DNA of 63,552 nucleotides, counting the filler, from Perkinsus chesapeaki ATCC PRA-425 (taxonomy: Eukaryota; Protista; Perkinsozoa): assembly GCA_013115145.1 (NCBI GenBank). It is 3 parts of 3 records of this genome, joined end to end, with 100 filler letters (N's around TTAATTAATTAA, not from the genome) between each part and the next. Parts side by side here need not be neighbours in the genome. Positions count along the whole stretch, not along the records: positions 56,284 to 63,552 come from JAAPAO010001039.1; 2 more parts are not named here. One strand, written 5' to 3'. Below the pieces are notes generated by a model. The model was not told the origin of the DNA, did no database searches, and saw nothing but the letters and a program-made list of their open reading frames with translations. Positions 59,901 through 63,552 of this stretch are shown piece by piece; the first letter of the stretch is position 1, and each line of letters opens with the position of its first letter. A program made the translations under genes and the position numbers.

Positions 59901-62900
59901 AACCAGGAGATAATATCCCACCGCTGGGTGAAGATGAGTTCGGCGATGTACCATTCCTCGTATATCGAGGGGGTATCTATGACGTCTTGAAGGTCTTCTT
60001 GAAACGGAATAGCTATTTCAAGTTGGCTGGGCGTCGAGCTCTCGAAAGCATGCGATTTGGTCGTTATCGATGCATCTTGTTGTGTAAGCGCACGGCGGTT
60101 TGTCGCAAATGGAGGCGATGGCCGCAGTACCTATGCAAATACGCTAAAGTTCACGTGCGCTCGGAGGGAGGGTATACCTATTTCTACCCTCTCCGCGACG
60201 TCGAAGCTACCCTCCTTGAGTGGAAAACTCACGCCGGGGGGCATCCATATGGCACCGAGCAGTGCCGATCCGACTACGTTCCTCCAGATATAGCGGATCA
60301 CTGGGCCGAAATGATTGCCAAGAATCCAACGGCCTCTCTCAAAGAGCTAAAAGTCGGTACCAATGAGCGCTACATGAGGACCGAGTATTGCGAGGAAACC
60401 ATGAGATTCTTGGCCAATCGCGGTCTGTCTCGGCCAGAAAAGATCCGAGGGCTTTATCGATCTATCAGGGAAAATGGGAAAGCAGGCCTCAGTGTTGCCG
60501 AATTCGTGACGCAGGTCGAGCCAATTCTGCACTCCCATGAAGACCTCGCCACAAAAGTGAAGGATATATTAAAGAGCCTTGGATCTATAGAGAGCGGAGG
60601 AGGCGCGCCTGTTGACTTTGACCGAGTTCCTGATGCTGATCGATGCATACTCCTCGACAATCTGCTTTCCGAGCGAGAGCTTGTTAACGGTAGATATGAA
60701 GTCAGCGAGTTCTGTGCAGTCTTTACAAGTGCTCGCATGTTGCGGAATATGGCGATCGCCACAACTTGGGGAGTAGATGGAACCTACAATATGGTACATG
60801 CTGACCTAGCGCTGATCGTCGTTTGCGCCCTACCCCGAGGATCTACGGCTAGACCGATAGCTACGGCTATTGTACACACCGAGTCCGCTCGGTCTGCAAG
60901 TCATCTTCTCCGGCTTCTGTTAGATGCGGCCAAAGCTCTCGATATGCATGAAGCTGCCACCCCAAAAGAAGTGGTGCTTGATGGTTCGCCTGCCCTGAGA
61001 AATGCAATCATGCAGGCCTTTGGTCCAGAGACGAAGCTAGTAAGCTGCTACTACCACGCAAAGCAGCGAGCTAAAAGAGCGAAGGCTACCGCTAACCTTA
61101 GTCGCGCTATCTGGCGCCAAATTAGCGGTGACCTTGACTTGATGGGAGAAGCGTGGAGTAGGCGAGAGTGGGTTCGACTCAAGAACTTGTTCGTCGAGAA
61201 GTGGGGGTCAGGTGAGCTTGGGTAGAGATTCCGATAACAATAATGTACATCACATGTATATATAGCATAATATACAGCCTGACAAATGATAGTATAATAT
61301 CGCGCTTTTTCGGAAATTCTCGTCTGTATGGGCCCGCCCGTGGTTCAAACTCGGATGGATATTTGGCAGGCTGTATAACCAGTGTATCAACGCAACACTT
61401 AGCCGATTCGGCAATTTCTATATAAGCTAATTACTTGTATCATAAGTTTATATCTGTGAAGTTAATTGAATAGTTCTAACTTGGATCAGTTAGAAGCACT
61501 ATCACCATCTCGTATGATTTATATCACCAAGCATATAATAAATCGTATATTCTCTCAGATCCAGCAGATTCATATCAGTGACCTATTGTATTAACTCGCG
61601 ATATAAATGAATGTATTCAGTATTTCGATAATGAGTTCTATAGAGCATTGTGTATTACTATGTAATAGGATCCCTGTTATAGGAAACTCGACGATTGACT
61701 AGACTCGGTTGTGCTATATAATACAGCTTATATTAACGGTGTGAATAATTCATCTACCAAATTTTCTTCATCATATCTCTAGATTCATGCATGGTGTATT
61801 AGCCCTGATTCATATCATTTTCCTTGGTTACTAAATTTGGTCCTTATATTTCATCTACCTCGCTTTCGAATCAATCAGTCGCTTTCGAATCAAAAGCAGT
61901 GTAGACGCGGCGTTAATATAAATTACATCTATTCATATTATATCATATATTTACATCTACAAACTGTCACCCACAGTTCTCGCATGGTTGATCCTTTCAG
62001 CTGGTACTGCCAACCTCACTCCCTATGAGAGAGAGGGGATACGCATCTTCCTCAAGGAATTCGGAGGTTATCTAGACGAGTCGAGCTGGAGGAGTCAGTG
62101 GGGCCACTACTCGAGCGAGGTTGCCGGCCCGCGCACTAATAATGCCGTGGAAAGATTTAATGGTGAGCTCAAAGCCACCGTGTTACCTTGCCGCTACCGG
62201 AAAACTCTTTCTGATATGGGGGCCTTTCTGAAATGCGGAGCAAAATGGATGCTCCTCTCACAATATGGTCGCGAAGAGCCCAGTAGAGGACAGGGCACCA
62301 GGGAACTGAGGAACACAGCGGCCATTTTCTTCGAGAAGGATTATTATTCTGTGGTACCTCGATCCTGGTGCTCAAGTCGATTTCAAGATACGGCACAGCA
62401 TGAGAACCAGTGGCTTTTTCTAAGGAATGTGAAAGGGAAATTGCCTTCTGGTGCAACGTCCCTGAGAGATGTTGTATTCAGCAGTGACAACTCAGATGCC
62501 AAGAAGTTTGTCGCCAGTGACTACAGTTCACTGGCCGAGGCAAGGCAGCTGAGAGCCCTCTACTCTATTGTGACCTATCGGGAGACGTCCGACTGGTCAG
62601 TGGCGCCGCCGGGCGGGCCTTGGTGTACATGCCAAGCCTGGCACAAGGCCTTGGTATGTCCGCACGTGATGTGTGTCTCTTATGTTACTGGAAAAGATGA
62701 CTCGCCAGCTGCGCGAAAGGATTGGGCTATTTTGCGTACCTATTTCCCCAAGCCTCCCCAGCGGCGTCGGAGGGACGGTCGCGTAGACGATCAACGACTA
62801 CCGAAGGACGTTCGATACGGTCTTAATGCACCTAACAAGAGAGCTAAGAAGCGGCATCAGCAGCCTTCGAGTACCACTACTACCGATCAACCAGAAGTGC

Positions 62901-62950
62901 CAGCTTCCGCGGCTTCCGAGGTTAGGGGCCATAGTGATGTCACTTCATAG
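56920..62950 (+). mobile_element. Mutator-like (MULE) DNA transposon carrying a PIF1 helicase; termini not defined
   Basis: Encodes the fusion ORF listed below. Hairpins and short direct repeats occur at 56921-57032. No inverted partner end or TSD found inside the window. Confidence 0.7.
57235..62950 (+). CDS. PIF1 helicase - MULE DDE transposase - SWIM fusion, 1485 aa; exons 57235-58019, 58489-61211, 62001-62950
   Basis: PIF1 motifs: GYAGCGKS, AWTGLAA, IFLDEIG, VSGDPCQLG, CLTNAEVDAHN, LYLKAGCRVI..FANGMAGTV, QVPLVVCAAMTAHKVVGATL, LYTILSRV. MULE motifs: WGVDGTYN, VVLDGSPALRNAI, SCYYH, RTNNAVERFNGELK. SWIM: CTCQAWHKALVCPH. Both GT-AG introns are phase-matched (2 and 1); spliced length 4458 nt with no internal stop. 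Confidence 0.88.
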
Positions 62951-63552
62951 TTCGGGATGGCCTTCCTGATACCTGATCTGTGAATGGAGGTTAGAGTTTA
63001 CAGCGGCTTTGCAGCACCTATTAATTCAGTTTCTAGTATTATTATCGTCTAAGCAGAGTTTTACTAAGCAGGGTTGAGGAGACTAGATCTAGCCTCCCAG
63101 GCGGCTATAAGCCAGTTGGAATCTCACGGTTTCGCTGCAGGCTAACGACAATCTCTCATGTTTTTTTCTGTATTCGGAAATCACACAGTAATTCAGAGAT
63201 CATTTTCGCATATAAAGGTATCATATTCACGAATAGGGACATGAATTCATCAAAACATGAAACTCATTTCTCAATTAGGCCGCACAACTCGGGCCATCAG
63301 TGGTAACCCACCACCGTCAAATCGATAACTCGTGAATATAATGTCGCTAGTAGGGATCCCGTATTCGCGAATGTGACGCTGTATTACGGCGGCCGTGACG
63401 ACGTCGTGGATGTCTTGGGAAATAAGAGCCTTTCTAGGTTTCTAAGCTTCTAGATTACGGTACATACGACGTAGGAAGTTCGGCTGAGAAGTGAGGAGAA
63501 TTTTCGGGAATTTCAGTAGATCTGCGGCGAGAAACTTATAACCCAACGAGGC

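Noticed and set aside
63520-63549. GAGAAACTTATAACCCAACG resembling GAGAGTTTATAGTCCAACG at 56969 as a transposon end
   Set aside because: Direct rather than inverted orientation, about 15 of 20 identities, and it lies at the window edge.

Overview
Eukaryotic, intron-dense genomic scaffold with three N-gaps, two of them carrying an artificial TTAATTAATTAA linker. Short 40-55 nt GT-AG introns, same-strand gene runs and the gene repertoire are consistent with an alveolate protist such as Perkinsus (inference, not verified). Recognisable genes: a double-PZP plus PHD chromatin reader, a 5-knuckle CCHC protein, a UVRAG/VPS38-like protein, an FHA+RINGv protein, UBC1/UBE2K, a ZCCHC10-like protein, an ankyrin-repeat protein, a cyclic-nucleotide-gated channel and an intronless AMACR/CaiB. 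There is also a 160-bp-period tRNA-Arg(CCT) array and several tandem repeats. Two observations stand out. (1) About 18 sites, nearly all in short introns and in both orientations, carry a tRNA 3'-end module with exact tRNA geometry: GGTTCGANY + 13 nt + oligo-T. It sits alongside other recurrent intronic motifs (AATTTCSYGGCGCGTGA, ATCGATC palindromes, 10-bp-phased A/T tracts). (2) An apparently intact three-exon 1485-aa ORF fuses an N-terminal PIF1 helicase to a Mutator-type DDE transposase and a SWIM finger. Exon structures were read by eye, so multi-exon gene boundaries are approximate.
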